Notes: generated from the sequence alone by a model not told the origin. A stretch of 64,000 nt of DNA from the human T2T-CHM13v2.0 reference genome, Homo sapiens (GCF_009914755.1 NC_060928.1), one strand, 5' to 3'. Positions 1 to 13,943 are shown, counted from the stretch's first letter. Translations and numbers: made by a program.

Positions 1-112
1 GTCATTTAACAACTATTAAGTACCTACTGAGTTCCAAATACCACTCTAGATATTGGGAAACAAATAAGGTATAATACACGCTTTCAAATACATTTAGAGT
101 TTTGTGGGGAAG

Positions 113-225
113 TGTTCTGGGTTGAATAGTGCCCCCAAAACTTTATGTCTACCTGGACCTCACAATGTGACCTTAATTGGAAATAGGGTCTTTGCAGATT
201 CATTGAGTAAAGTTAATATGAGTTA
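113..225 (+). mobile_element. MaLR LTR 5' fragment (MLT1-type)
   Basis: tgttctgggttgaatagtgcccccaaaa...aatgtgaccttaattggaaatagggtctttgcaga matches the MLT1B/C/D LTR start. Confidence 0.7.
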
Positions 226-893
226 GTATAATAAGAATTGATATAAGAATGGTTTCAGTTTAAATAAAACTCTTTAAAATACTGATACATACCAGTCCTT
301 CTCTGTCAACATGGTTGTCCTAGATAAAAAATTATAAAGGACATAACAATGAAGATGGGGATCAGGGAGGAAATGGCATTTCATTAGTTCCTCAGTGGTT
401 GATAAGCCTGTTCTTATACCTTGTATTGCACTCATTCATTTAACAAAGTGGTTGATCATTCTGACTACAGTATAAGAGTTTTTAGTGAGGTTTCCAGCCA
501 TCCCTAAAACTTTAAAACATAATACTAAAGATGTGTGAAATAAAATTATCAGTCACATATCTGATGAGTTTCCATCAGACAAGTGAGCAGGCCACTCAAA
601 GCCTCTTCAGCCCCCTTGCTTTCTCCTCGATTATCCAAGCTTTACAAAGTCAAACTGCATATGGAGTGCTTTAATCTTTGAACGTACGGCTGCATCAGAC
701 CTTTCCCAGCTCTTCTCACACTTTTAATGGATCCAATTCACCTCCTTTCCAAGGAGCATGTCTAGGTAAGTGACAGGGTGACGATAATGCCTTGGCCACA
801 CAGGCCTCAGAAAAGAATGGTGACTAACGATTAAATGCTTAGCATGCCAGCCCACATAAACCACAAACCATGAAGCCAGGGATTAAGACTCAC

Positions 894-1014
894 TGGCAGC
901 ACATCGCCCAGGAAGTCAGCTTTCAACTAGAACTAAATCAGTTTTAAATAACAACATTTCTTGGGTCTCTTCCATCATCATATTGTGCAACTTTATACTT
1001 CGGGTTTATTTGGA
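894..1014 (-). other. Candidate exon of the minus-strand gene (121 nt)
   Basis: Minus-strand acceptor gtttttatatttttag|TCC at 1016-1015 and donor CCA|gtgagt at 893; non-repetitive sequence. Confidence 0.45.
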
Positions 1015-1652
1015 CTAAAAATATAAAAACATCTAAACCTACTTTATAACTGCTATATATTGACGTTAAAAGGAAACCAAAATAACAATAAAAGACACCA
1101 GGAAATTGGGACTTCTTAGATAAACTTAGCTGTGTGGTATTTTGCTTCCCTTTCACTAGAATTAGAAAAATAAATGGCCCACTTTCTAGAAGTGGAGAGT
1201 GAAAGGGAGGGAAAGAGAAAAATTGAGAGGAAGAAAACATTTAAGTAACAAGAAAGCAACAGGATAGGAAAAATATCAAGTCTTCAGAATAGTAAGGAAA
1301 TGGAACTCTAATAATGTTAAAGAATGCAAAGATGATAAGAAACCAGCTACTCTTGGCATCGTATGAAAAAGTGTGAGAGAAGAACCTGAACTATGTGCAG
1401 CTTGCATGTAGTCACTGAGTCCCCCCTACTCCCCTGCCCTGGCCAGTTTTTCATTTCCTCTCTGATATCATTTAAACTTCAAAGACCATCCATCACTCCT
1501 TCATTGAGAAATGCCTGCTTTCCCAGAAACAACACCAGGGCAGCTTTTTATGCCATTACTGGCATTTTATCAAAGTAAAATTTCCATGGGTTTTTCTCTC
1601 AGAGGCTATTCCAGGGCTTGTTTTTTCTACAAAAAAGGAAGGCAATTTAAAC

Positions 1653-1672
1653 GTGTGTGTGTGTGTGTGTGT
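1653..1672. repeat. (GT)10 microsatellite
   Basis: Read directly. Confidence 0.95.
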
Positions 1673-1959
1673 ATTTCCAGTTCTATCTATATCTATATTT
1701 CAACAGAATTACAATTTCTGTAGGAATCAAAATTTGAATAAAGTAAATAATATACTTCAAAATCTTTATTATAAACATTTCATTGACAATATAGAAAGGA
1801 AATTGATACAGCATTAGCAATAAAAATTTTTGTGGCTAGTTGAGCTCCTGGGATCACCTCCTGCCCCGATCCGTGTAGCCAGCAGCTGCCTCTATACGCT
1901 TTCAAGTGCTGTGCCTGCTGCTTACAACTCTCTTCTCCTCCTACCACCACAACTCTGTC

Positions 1960-2240
1960 AGGTCACTGTTCAATTGTTCTCACATCAGAGAGCCCCTCGC
2001 CCTTATTAGTTTATATAAAATAGCAACCACCCAACATTCCTGTTTTATTTTTATCTTCATTCTGTTACATTTTTACCCATAGTGTGTCTCTTCCACTGAT
2101 ATCATATTGGCTTATGAGTTTTTGGTCCACTAGCATGTGAATGCCAAGAGGACAAGCACTTTTCCAATTTGGTTTATTGCCTTATACCCAGCACCAAAAG
2201 AGCAGTTGGCTCCCATAGGCTCAAGACGAATCTTTGTTGA
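1960..2240 (+). mobile_element. L2 LINE 3' remnant
   Basis: Degenerate L2 tail (cactagcatgtgaatgccaagaggacaag...cccagcacc...aggctcaa...tgttga). Confidence 0.55.
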
Positions 2241-3079
2241 GAGATGAAGGACTCCAGTCATGCGTTGTGTGCTGGGATTACTCTTTAGTATTTACCCTAG
2301 AAGGAAGAGAAGCCCGAACACTTGTATTCCCACCCTTTGGGGTAGAAACACTTGGGGTAAAAGAAAGATCAAGAACTGAGGACGCAGTATATACTGATGA
2401 AAGTAATAAACAGCTTTAGCAGCTTGAGTAAACAATTTCCCTTTCAAAGACAGACCAAAAGCCCTAAAGGGCTACATCCAGGGTTCTCCTAGTCCTTACC
2501 CTGTCCTTATCATATGGCCTGCAGAAATTGTGCTGAGAAGTTTCATCCATTTCCAACCAACTTGTAAAGATTTGTCCCTACTGAGAGCAGAATATAGGGT
2601 CTAATTCACATCTGAGTCACCAAGCAACAAGGCAAGAAACTGAGCACACAAAATGGGAGGTCTTAAAATGGCAACTAGAAAATTCAAAGTGAATCTTAGG
2701 GGATTATGAAACTGGAATTCAAAATGAAGACTGTTACCCACTTCATCTAAATCTACAGCTATCTACCAATCTGGGTGAAACACTAGTATAATTTTTGTGC
2801 TGCAAATTCTATCTGCATTCCTTTTCTCTCTGGAAAGGCATATAGGAAATGTATTTCTGAAGGCCGTAGTAAGTTGGTAAAACCAAAATTCAAATACGTA
2901 TGTGGTAGAGGTTATGTTGATGTCCTGTCCAGATCTTTCTTTATGAGGCCAGTGCCAATAGGGGGCCACCTCACCAGGGAAGTTACACACACACACGCGC
3001 ACACACACACGGTTCATAGGGCTCATAGCCAATTATTGACAGACACCCTTGGCTGGCAATTCAAAGTATAACGTGGCTT

Positions 3080-3290
3080 ATGGTGTGTTTCATTCCTCCA
3101 CAGTCCCTCTTCTCAGTCCTACAGTGAATCTGCCTCGAGCCGAGGCTAAAATTTACTTGAAATCACCCTTCCTTCCCCAGCCTACATCACCTCCTCCCTC
3201 ATAGCCTCTTTCTGAAGAGCATTCCCTCAATAAATAATGGCACCTGAATCCTTGTCTCAGGCTCTGCTCCTGAAAGTCCAACATAAAACA
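3080..3290 (+). mobile_element. ERVL LTR 3' part (LTR16-like)
   Basis: ccctcaataaataatggcacctgaatccttgtctcaggctctgct...aaca resembles the LTR16-family 3' end. Confidence 0.55.
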
Positions 3291-3365
3291 GTGTACCTCC
3301 AGGTTAGGCTATTGTCTCAAAACCTGAATTATTTTGGCTTAATTTAGATTGTATTGGAATAAATG

Positions 3366-3800
3366 TGCTATAGTTTAGAGATTCGTCCCCACAAACCCCA
3401 TGTTGAAGTCTTATCCCAATGTTAGAGATGGGACCTGATGAAAGGTGTTTGGGTCATGAGGGTGGATTCCCCACGAGTAGATGCCCTCTCTGGGGAAGGG
3501 AGAGTGAATGAGCTCTTGCTCTATTAATTCCCACAAGAGCTGGTTGTTAAAAAGAGCCTGGCACCTCCCTCCTTTCCCTTGCTTTCTCTCTCTCACTTCC
3601 CCTCTTACCATGTGATCTCTGCACATGCTGATTCCCCTTCCTCTTCTGCCATGAGTGGAAACAGTTGAGGCCCTCACAGCAGATGCTGGCACCATGCTTC
3701 TTGTACAGCCTGCAGAACTGTGAGCCAAATAAACCTCTTTTATTTATAAATTACCCAGCCTCAAGTATTCCTTTATATCAACACAAAATGGACTAAGACA
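3366..3800 (+). mobile_element. MaLR solo LTR (MSTB-like)
   Basis: TG...CA termini (tgctatagttt...ggactaagaca), typical MST body, 5-bp TSD aaatg/aaatc. Confidence 0.88.
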
Positions 3801-5104
3801 AAATCCTTCCTCATTTTGAGGTCACATAAATGTAATAAATTTTGAGTAGGTTCTTAGAATTACAAATATATTGTATACAAAGGCAGAACTTTCCATATTT
3901 CAGTTGGCCAGTTCATTGCCCATCCAAGCTGTGACGGTGTTGAGAAGGAAAATAGGAATGCTTTATTCAAATGAATGATTGCAATGTATTGTAACAGTTT
4001 CTCCCTTTGCTCCTTTTCTGTATGTATAATCAGTTGGCTTGCTTTTCTTGTTTGTTTTTAATCTTTTTATGTAGGAAAGTTGACCCTCAAAGCTTAAGGA
4101 AAGAATTTATTTAGCTTAGTCCGAGTCCTTTTATTCTAATTTCAATGCTTTGTCTTATAAAGTTGATCTTGTGTATTTGATGGATTTTAAGTGGTCTCTT
4201 TCTCATGATTTCTATTACAACTTTATACTGGTTATAGTCAGTTAAGAATTTTATCTGTCTCCTGCATTTTATTAGCAAGCTGTGTGAATTATCTTCACAA
4301 TATGCAGGCTTGCTCCTTTGGTCAGTTATTTCTCTAGGAATTATAATGCCTCTTGAGAACTTGGTCAATTGCTTCTTTATTTTTAGTTCACATTTTTAGT
4401 AATAACATTATTAAAAACTTCACTGAAGATATACTATTTATTACACTCTCTTGAGCCTAAGTTCTCTTGAGTGGATTTATTTATTTGATTTATATACTAT
4501 TTTATCATGGAGCAGTTAGATTTATATTTTAGTTAGTTTTCTATTTTCTTACATTATATTAGAAATACACACTGCCTTAATTAAAATGACACCATATGGT
4601 GGCTATACCTTTTTTGGAGGACAAAGTTCTTTCTTTGTTGCTTAGAATAATCCAAAATGTTACCAATATAAGCATAACAATAATATACATTTTCTACATT
4701 ATATTATTGGTTACCTAATTAATATTAACATGATATTAGTAGGTATAGTTTATTTTTCAAATTGCCATAACTATGTAGCCTTATTTAACATATTTTTATT
4801 TTGTTTATTTTGTGAATTTCCAGTTATAACTAGATATACAAATATTTTCCTATGTATTCAACAATAAACAAATAGAACGATATCTTTTTTACTTTTCTCA
4901 GTTTCTTAAACATAAATTGAATATAATAACAAGAATTACCTCATAGAATTGTGGAGAGAACACAGGCTGGCAGGTAGTGAGCCCTCAACAAACACTAGTC
5001 TGACCGTTATGCTAGTACAGCAGTCTGTATTTCAGTTTAGACACACACCAAAAGGAGTCACTGTCACATCAAAGAAGAAGTGAGGGTGTGGGGAAGTCTT
5101 ATTA

Positions 5105-5395
5105 TCTAATGATCGGCTAAAGGAACTAGCAGTATTTTGTGGAAGAAAAATTAGATTTTACCTGTGTGTCCCTAAAGGCCAGGGTGAGAAGTGATAGGTG
5201 GAAGCCATGGGAAGATGGCCTTCATTCCCACATATGGAAGAAGTTCCAGCTGCCTTACAAGGAAGTAAGTTCCCTGTCACTGGAGATTTTAAGCAAAAGC
5301 TGGAGAGCTACCCACCAAAAATATTACAAAAGTGATTTCTCAAGTGGCTGGGAAGTTTGGCTGGAATAATTCAAGATTCCTTTCAACTCTAATCA
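5105..5395 (+). mobile_element. CR1/L3 LINE 3' remnant
   Basis: gtaagttccctgtcactggagattttaagcaaaagctgga...aagattcctttcaactcta is the L3 3' signature. Confidence 0.65.
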
Positions 5396-5563
5396 CAAAA
5401 ACCAGTAAAACCTAAAGCTCACGGTATGTTTACTGTGCAGCACTATGTCAAGCACTTTAAGTGCATTATCATTTAACCATCACAACTTCAGGAGGTAAGA
5501 GCTAAGATGATCACTCCCATTTCACAGATGAGGAAACAATGGCTTACACACTGTGCCTTAAAG

Positions 5564-5904
5564 CAGGGGTTCCCAGCCCCTGGGCTATGGACCAGTACAA
5601 GTCTGTGGCCTGTTGGAAACCAGACCAAACAGCAGGAGGTGAGCTGCAGGAGAGTGAGCATTACCACCTGAGCTCTGCCTCCTGTCAGATCAGTGGCAGC
5701 ATTGGATTCTCATAGAAGTGCAAACCCTATTGTGAACTCTGCATGCAGGGGATCTGGGATGCACTCCTTATGAGAATCTAATGCCTGAAGGTCTGAGGTG
5801 GAACTGTTTCATCCTAAAACCATCTACACCACCCCGACTCCATCCGTGTAAAAACTGTCTTCCATGAAACTGGTCCCTGGTGCCAAAAAGGATAGGAACC
5901 ACTG
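5564..5904 (+). mobile_element. hAT-Charlie MITE (MER1B-like)
   Basis: caggggt...ccactg terminal inverted ends, MER1B body, 8-bp TSD ccttaaag/tcttaaag; inserted next to a MIR (5420-5555). Confidence 0.88.
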
Positions 5905-6040
5905 TCTTAAAGGACCAGACAAAATATATTGCCTTCTGTTACATGAAAAAAGTGACTCAGATCCCCTCAACAACAACAGTGGACATTCTCTCCATTTTTA
6001 CATAGTCTCTTAGCCTAGTCTTACAATTTGGAATTCCTTC

Positions 6041-6430
6041 TGTTTCAGTCAATAGGCAAGGTTATGCTATGTTCACAAACAATTCCAAAATCTTCCTGTC
6101 TTCTTACAAAGGTTTCTTTCTCATTCACTATACATGTTTCTCATGCGTTGGCTCCAGGACCTGCTCTGCATATCCTACTCTTGGATCTGGGTTGAAGGAG
6201 TGGCCACCATCTCAAAAGGTATCTGTAATCATAGCAAAGGACAAACAAAAGAGCTCTGGAGGGTGACACACTGGCAGTAAAATGCTCAGGTAAAGAAGTG
6301 ACACAAAGGCCACTTTAGTTCACAAGTCACTGGTCAGAACTAGTCACTTGGCCACCCACCCACAAGGGGCTAGGAAGTACAATCTTGTGAAGCTCAGAAG
6401 GCAGAGAGCCAGAAGTATTTGGTGAAGCAA
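6041..6430 (-). mobile_element. Old MaLR LTR (MLT1J/K-like)
   Basis: aggttatgctatg...ggtttctttctcattcac...ctggtcagaactagtcacttggcc...ggggctaggaagtacaatc. Confidence 0.6.
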
Positions 6431-7020
6431 ACTAAAATATTTTCCCCAAGATATTAATGAAGTGAACTTTTTGTAGTAGCATAATATAGTAATAACATTG
6501 TTCATTTATTTCTCTTTCACAGCATTTATTCCTCTTCAAAAAGTAGAGTTTCTTCTAACATGAACACAAACCATTAAGATGTAAAATACTTCCAAAGCAT
6601 CTGAAATAAAATAATAATTCATAATAATAAAAGATGTAAAAATACTGCAAGAATATAATAGTATCTGTTCACTCCCAAAATAATCCACTTGAGTAAAGAT
6701 GATGACAAAATTTTAATATGTAGTCTTTTTGAAATCATAGATTAAATTTCTATTAATCTTGATAACATAAATGATGAAGATTCATTTTCCATTAACAGCT
6801 TTATTGCTGTTTATACGTCATATAAGTCATTAAATATTTTGTCTTCCAAATGATCTCTACTTTCAACACTAATTCACAAAAAAGTATGCTGTCTTTAGGA
6901 CACAACTGACTTTTGATTGTTCCAGTTGGAATGATAGCGTTTTGATAAAAGCTATTCTTGCTACTCTTGGAGGCTCCAATGAGAAAGCAAAGGTTGCACT
7001 GTGTAAGAACAGTCAGTCCT

Positions 7021-7596
7021 TGTGATGGTTATTTTTGTGTGTCAACTTGATTGAGCTAAAGTATACCCAGATAGCCAGAAAACATTATTTCTGGGTGTGT
7101 CTGTGAGGGTGATTCTGGAAGAGATTAGCACTGAATTACTACACTGAGTAAAAAAGATCGACCCTCACCAATGTGAGAAGGCATCATCCAATCCATTGAG
7201 GGCCTGAATAGAACAGAAGGTGAGAGGAAATACACAGTCATTCTTTCTGCTTGAGCTGGGACATTCATCTCCTCCTGCCCTTGAACATGGGAGCTCCTGG
7301 TTCCCAGGCCTTCAGACTCTGGGACTTAAACCATGGCCCCCCCAGGTTCTCAGGCCTTTAGACTCAGACTGAATTATACCACTCACTTTCCTAGATCACC
7401 AGCTTGCAGATGGCAGATTGTGGAACTTCTTGGCCTGCATAATCATGTGAGCCAATTCCCATAATAAATCCTCTTTTAACTATCTATCTATCTGTCTACC
7501 TATCTATTATCTATCTGTCTATCTATCTATCTCTATCTCTATCTCTATCTCTTTCTCCTACTGGTTCTATTTCTCTGGAGAACCCAGGCCAAAATA
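7021..7596 (+). mobile_element. ERVL solo LTR (MLT2-type) containing a (TATC)n microsatellite at ~7479-7550
   Basis: tgtgatggtt...gtgtcaacttga start, ctctggagaaccc end, exact 5-bp TSD gtcct on both sides. Confidence 0.9.
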
Positions 7597-8739
7597 GTCC
7601 TCTAGGCTCTTTTCCACCTTGTCATCCTCTAAATCATCGTGGCTCTAAAACATTCTATAACAGGCCAAGAGTAGTTGTTAAGTGTTGCCTTCAACCTATT
7701 CAATTAAATAAGCAATTACTTTAAAATTGAGAGTTAACCATAACTGTAATTCTAACTCCAAGAGCTATGGCTTTTCTGGTATGAATCACTCCCTTCAAAG
7801 GCACAATCCAGAAGCTTTCTCTGCACAGTATCAGAAAAATGAATTTCTTTAGTTATGAGCTGTCATAGCAACCTCAACTCTGATTCATTTTCCCCATTTC
7901 TTTATTCAGATACAAGGGTTGAATGCCTCTCTCTCAAAAAGATGGTTTGATTACTTCAATGTTATTCTACTTTATAGAAATGAATTTTTTAAATAAAAAG
8001 GATCCTTTTTTGTTAAAAAAAAAAGTCTAGAACTTAAAAAACGTATCTTAATTTCTATAATATAAATTGGAAATATATAGTTTAAAATGGAAATATTTGT
8101 CTTTGGGTTTGCAAATACTTTCATTGACAAAGTGTTGAGGACTTTTTTTTAAGTTTTTTTCACTTTGGCACTAGAGAATTTAAACTAGGAAATATACTGG
8201 AGGAGAAAAAAATTATGACAACCTTGTGAAATAGCACTGCATCCTTGGATTTGTGTGCTAGTTCTCACTGATGAACTAAAGTACATGTCAGACTTTTTTA
8301 GTAACCATGCTCCTTTGACATATTTTAAAGGGCAGGCTATTTGCATTTTGTGAACACAATAGGCTATTTTCTTCGCTTTGACTTCTTTTGCCTTTCTTTT
8401 GCCTTAGTACTTTTGTTCCAAGAGAGGATGTGGTTACTACAATTACTATAATGTAAGTATTGATAATCTAACTTATCACCATCTGGAAATACAGATGTCC
8501 AGAAGAGTTCCCATTCACTTGTTTTAGATGCTAAATCACAAAATTTGAATGTTTTCACTAAATGTATTACATAGGTTGAAGATTTTACTGTAACTTTGTC
8601 TGGTTGACTTTATTACCAGCAAGTTGTTTTCTTTCTAAACTTTCTAGTCAACATATATGTGCACAGGCACTATATATATATGTATCATATCATATCATAT
8701 CATATCATATATCATTGAAAATCAAACAGTGGAATCTCT

Positions 8740-9080
8740 GACCCCAAGAAGCTTATAATCTAGTAGAGTTATTAAGAGTGGGCATATAAAGAAATAACCG
8801 TACTACAAAGAAGCAAGTAAAAAGTGTTAGAGCCACAAGTGCTTTTGTGCATAGCACCTAGAGATAACCTTGAGTTAGAGTATATGGGGAGAGCTTTGTG
8901 GAAAAGCTGGCATGTGAACTAGGTTGAACTTTAAAGTATGGGTAGAATTTTGAGAGGCAGAATTGGAATAGAAGAGTGCTCTGAAAGGATAAAATATAAA
9001 AAAAAATAGGAGATGTGTTTGGGAAAAATCAAGTAGGCTTATTTGGCTATAGTATAGGGTACAGCAAAGAAGAAATAAAA
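8740..9080 (-). mobile_element. L2 remnant
   Basis: ctgaccccaagaagcttataatctagt...gaactttaaagtatgggtagaatttt, a typical antisense L2 pattern. Confidence 0.5.
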
Positions 9081-9707
9081 ACTAAAATGTAAAATGTAGA
9101 GTCTAAAAGTCCTATAATGCTTAAGCTAGAAGAGATCTCAATAACCCTTTGTCTTATCTCGTGTTTTTACAGATGTGGAAAACAAATGTCCCTTTTCACA
9201 TGTTCCTTTGTTTATATGCCCTGTTCTAAACACTGATTTTTAATTTGTTTGTGTTGTCGCATCGCCATTGATAGGCTCAAATGTAATTTTGATGCAAATA
9301 GCTTGAGTAAAATTTACTCAACAAATTCATCCATGAAATATATACATATATGAGAAACGGTAATCACATCTTTCTTTTTCCAGCCCTGACAGCCAAAATT
9401 TGAACATGATGTATCTTTTCCCCAGAATTCAGCTGGTTAAGTTTGTAAATTTATTTGGCTGCACAAGAGAATGAGGCTAAGCTATACTTTAAGTTTCATA
9501 GGCCATGTTCTTCGTTTTTACTATTCTTGCATTTCAGGACACTGCACAAGAATCAATAGCATTGGCTTCAGCCTATTACCTAAGAAGTACATGTCCTTTA
9601 GATTTGCCCTTGCAGATTTTGCCTGGTGTCCTCAAATCTGAGTCCCAGTAGGCACTGAATCCTGTCCCCTTTTCCATTCTCTTAATGCTAAATTGTGTTC
9701 ATAAAAT

Positions 9708-9729
9708 CACACACACACACACACACACA
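9708..9729. repeat. (CA)n microsatellite
   Basis: Read directly. Confidence 0.95.
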
Positions 9730-11932
9730 AATAAAACCAAAGCTAACAAACAAAACTTTCCCATTCAAATCTCTTAAAATTTTAAATTAAAATTTAAAAT
9801 TTTACAATATCTGCCCTCCTGAACAAGTTCTGCCTCTCTGATATTTTGGTTACAGTGTCCTCACCCAAGATACTGTTCTTTTCAACTGCTGTTTCTCTGT
9901 GGAAACTCACAGCCAGCTAAGCCTGTGTTTCCATTCACTCTGATAAGAGCTCTCTCCACTTTGGTCTTCACAAACTCAACTCTTCAGCTTCTAACATACA
10001 GAAAGAGTGAATGACCCAGGAAGTTCTTTAAAATAGCCCAGATGAAGCACAATAACCATTTTCGTTATTAAAAGCTCTTGGAAGCTTGTCGCTGTTGTTG
10101 AAATAGCTTTTCCTGTGTAGCTACTGAAATTTGCAGCAGCATCTCTTTGTCCACAGGCCTATTGGTGCCTTTCGGTAGCCCCTATTATGCCAAAGTCATC
10201 TTCCCCACCATTGTTTTCAAACCTCACTGTAGAATGCAAATCAGGGCCTGCCTGCCATACTGTGCCTAATAGTCATTCACTTTCTAGGCCTGTTGTTTGG
10301 AAAGCCGCAAGTGCTTTATTCTGAGGGTCAGTCTTTGGTTTCACCCCACACAGCAGTAGCTTGTTCTTCATACTATCCTCTGTGGGAAGAATCTTAAACA
10401 CACCAGCCAGCCCCATGTTGTCAGCATAAGAGCCATGCAATATTGATAAAGTCAGATTTCACCCTACTCCTATCCCTCTGTGCACTTCAAGTGCTCGTCT
10501 ACATATTCTAGTGTTGTATTCTCTGAATATTTGCAGAACTTAATTTTATTTTATCTGCTCCACTTGAACCTAAGTCTTCAAGTCCAGTCATCCAACTTAA
10601 CAAAGTCACACACAAACTAGAAGGTCCTCGTATAAATTGGAAAAAAGCCAATAATAATTTGTTACCATTCACCAAAAAAGGTGCAATAATATCCCCCTGG
10701 GTAGAGTGAAAGTCTCATCATGAACAGAAACAATTTAGAATTTGCCCAAGTACATTACAGCTGTACATATTTTTAAGAAAGTGGTAAACATACTTAACAT
10801 TGTCTATAGCATGAAGGTAGAGACAAACTTAGAGTCAGAAATATATTTCCTAAAGAGAAGTTCAAACTTCAGGAAACTGAAGTAAAATGAAAATATTTAT
10901 CCATTATGATTCTGTTGCTGTTCTACCCTCCCTATCTACAGAAAAAACAAATTAATCATTTTCTGTTGAGACACGTTAATGGTCCTTTCTTTCTCTCATT
11001 CATTCAACACATGTGAATTGGACAAGAACTATGTGCTAGATATTATGCTAAACACTAAGGAGATATTGGTGAAAAATACCAAAACAATTCCTGCCCACAT
11101 AAAGATTATGGTAGTTTGTGAGTTAAATAATAATGAATTTGTAAGTGTAAGGTGATATGGAAAGAGGGAGTTGAACAGAACTCTGAGGTACCCAAAACTT
11201 AAAGGATAATCAGGAAAATGATATTGCAAAGGGTGACAAACCAAGAAAAAGGGTGAATAAATGGGAGAACTGATGATCTTCTTTCACACCAAAGTCCTAG
11301 ATTTCAGACAAATTGCCATAACATATACAATGCTGAGCTCACAAGAAATTAAAGAAAATCTCTCTGTGGCAAATTAAAATTAAAATAAATTTAAAAAGGA
11401 TAAGACAAATATAAAATGTCAGGAAACTAGGCCTTGGGGAGTTTAATGTCCAGGTATATGAGAATAGATATTAAGGCCTTAAATCTATGTTATGTGGGGT
11501 GGATGACCTGAGCCCCATATAGCTTACACAATACTCAAAAGTGAAATATCGTCCATAAAAGCTGGGCTGGAAGATTTCTGCCTATCAGAAAAGGAACAGC
11601 TGAAGAAATCTGTTGATCTCTACCATAGTTCTGAGAATGAAAAAAATTGATTACCTTATCTAAAATACTGTACATATAATCATTCTTTTACATGAGTCCA
11701 AGGTTTAAAAGACTCTACTTAGACAGAGAAGGCTAGTGGAAGTCCATGATATCTTACAGAAAAAAAATGCAAATCCTTGTTGGAGAAAAAGTTCCTCAAC
11801 TCAGATCTCTTAAGAATAGCAGAGATTAATTTTAGACAAGAGTGGGCTTACATTGAAAAATGAACATAAACTCAAGAAAACAAGCCATAGTGAGCAAGAG
11901 ATAGCAGAAACAACCAACAGTTATTGAACCTC

Positions 11933-12573
11933 GAGACTTAGATATCAGAACTAACAGACACAACATAAATAACTATGCATGAAGTGCCCAAATAAATAAG
12001 AGACAGAATTAAAATTCAAAAAAGGAGCAAGAAGTATCAAAAATGACTAGACAAGTTTGAAGAGAAAAGAGAATATAATGGGTTGAATATTTTATGTTGA
12101 CTTGGATCCACTCTTCTCAGCTTTTCCACCATGCTCTCTGCCCTCAGAAAGCTGACCTGTATGGATCATCGTAGAAATCGTATCATGACCCCTGACTTCT
12201 GATGAACTTTAGCCAGGGTGGATCATAGGTAGATCAGAGGGAGGAGGGAGATTGAGACTTAAGATATCAGAACTAACAGACACAACATAAATAACTATGC
12301 ATGAAGTGCCCAAAGAAATAAGAGACGGAATTAAAATTTGAAAAAGGAGCAAGAAGTCAAAAATGACTAGACAAGTTTGAAGAGAAAAGAAAATATCATG
12401 GGCTGAATATTTTATGTTGACTTGGATTCACTCTTCTCAGCTTTTCCACCATGCTCTTTGCCATCAGAAAGCTGACCTGTAGGAATCATCACAGCAATCA
12501 TATAATGACCCCTGACTTCTGACGGACTTTAGCCAATGTGGAGCACAGGTAGATCAGAGGGAGGAGGGAGAGT
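11933..12573. repeat. Two-copy tandem duplication, ~321-bp unit
   Basis: 11933-12253 and 12254-12573 align end to end at roughly 90% identity by eye. Confidence 0.95.
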
Positions 12574-12785
12574 GAGTCCAGGTGTTTATGCCCTTGGCTT
12601 TTGCCCTGTGAGGTCCCCAGGACTGGCTGTGCCTTTTGACAGAAGTCATTGCTCCCTCTACGTGGACCTGCTCCACAAAGCCTCCCTTCTTCTTAATTCC
12701 AGTGACTTCTCCCTCACTTAGAGTTGTGTTGATGCTATTCCTGAGTTTCTGCACTATTCCTTGTGGTTAGCCTTTATCCTAACCA
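12410..12785 (-). mobile_element. ERVL LTR fragment (LTR33-like) inside an old L1
   Basis: tccaccatgctctttgcc...agctgacctgt...agatcagagggaggagggagagtgagtccaggtgttt resembles antisense LTR33. Confidence 0.5.
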
Positions 12786-12789
12786 GAAA

Positions 12790-13370
12790 AAAAAAGACAG
12801 AGCACTCCAAAGAAATGGCAATTACACTGACAGTGAAATTCTTAATCGTAACAATAGAAGCCAGAAAACTGTGGAGCAATATCCTCAAAGTGCTGAAAGA
12901 AAAACTGTCAAGTTGAAATTGTATAACATTATCATTCAACAGCAAGCTCCATACAAAGCAGTTTAAGATAAACAGAAATCAAGAACATTTACTAGCAATA
13001 GACTTTTATTACAACAAATGTTCTACTTAGAAAATACCAAAGTTACAGAAAAAAACTAACATGAGAATTTAGTAACGGGACTGATAAAGTCAATACATTA
13101 AAATCAATAATATTTCTATATGCCATTAACAGATAATTAAAACATTTAATTTTAAAAATTATACCATTTTAATAACTACAATAAAAATGAGATGTTTAAG
13201 AATAAATCTGGCACAGGATGTAGAGGACCTTTCTAGAGCAAATGTTTAAGCTCTATTGAAAGACACTGCAGAAGAGAGAGATGTATTGTGTTCATGAATA
13301 CAAAGGTTATCATCAACATTACAAGAGGTCAAGTCTACCCAAACTGATCTAATGGTTATAGATACATGTA
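12790..13370 (+). mobile_element. Ancient L1 (L1M/L1ME) ORF1/ORF2 fragments
   Basis: aacaatagaagccagaa...tcaaagtgctgaaagaaaa; aaaatcaataatatttctata; aataaatctggcacaggatgtagaggacct. Confidence 0.6.
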
Positions 13371-13943
13371 TCTACACATATATAGATACATATATATCTC
13401 CAAGATATTTTATATTCAAAAATTAAATTTAATAAAAGGAAAATTCAGTATCAAGAAAACCAAAGCAAGAATTTTTCTAAGGGATTAATGCAATTTAATA
13501 TTGCCAAGTGGTCAAGTAAAATGAAGACAGAGAAGTACCTATGAAATGTAATACGAAGTCTCTCTCTTTTAGTGACCTTGACAAAAGCAATTTCATTGGA
13601 GTTGTGGAGGTAGAGTCCAGACTATAATGAAATGGAAAGGTATAGAAAATGCTGACCACCTCTGCCAAGATCCTTGGCTCTGCCACGGAAGAGAAAAGAG
13701 GCTAGCTAGAGGGGAATATGGAGTGGAGAGGGAGTCTTAATCTTTTAATGTGTGGAAATCTTGAGTGTGTTCCCTGCTGGAAGAAAAGAGGCAGAGGAGA
13801 AGGAGAAGTGAAGATACTGGAGACAAGGAATAATGGCCACATAGAGATCCCTGAGACTGCAGGAGGAAACAGGATTGAATGCAGAGGTTCAGGGCTTAGT
13901 TTACCTATGCAGAAAGAAGAGAATGGCAACAAGAGTCAAGAGT

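Noticed and set aside
11933-12573. CRISPR-like or other prokaryotic repeat-spacer system
   Set aside because: Only two long adjacent copies with no spacers, and the window is clearly primate DNA.
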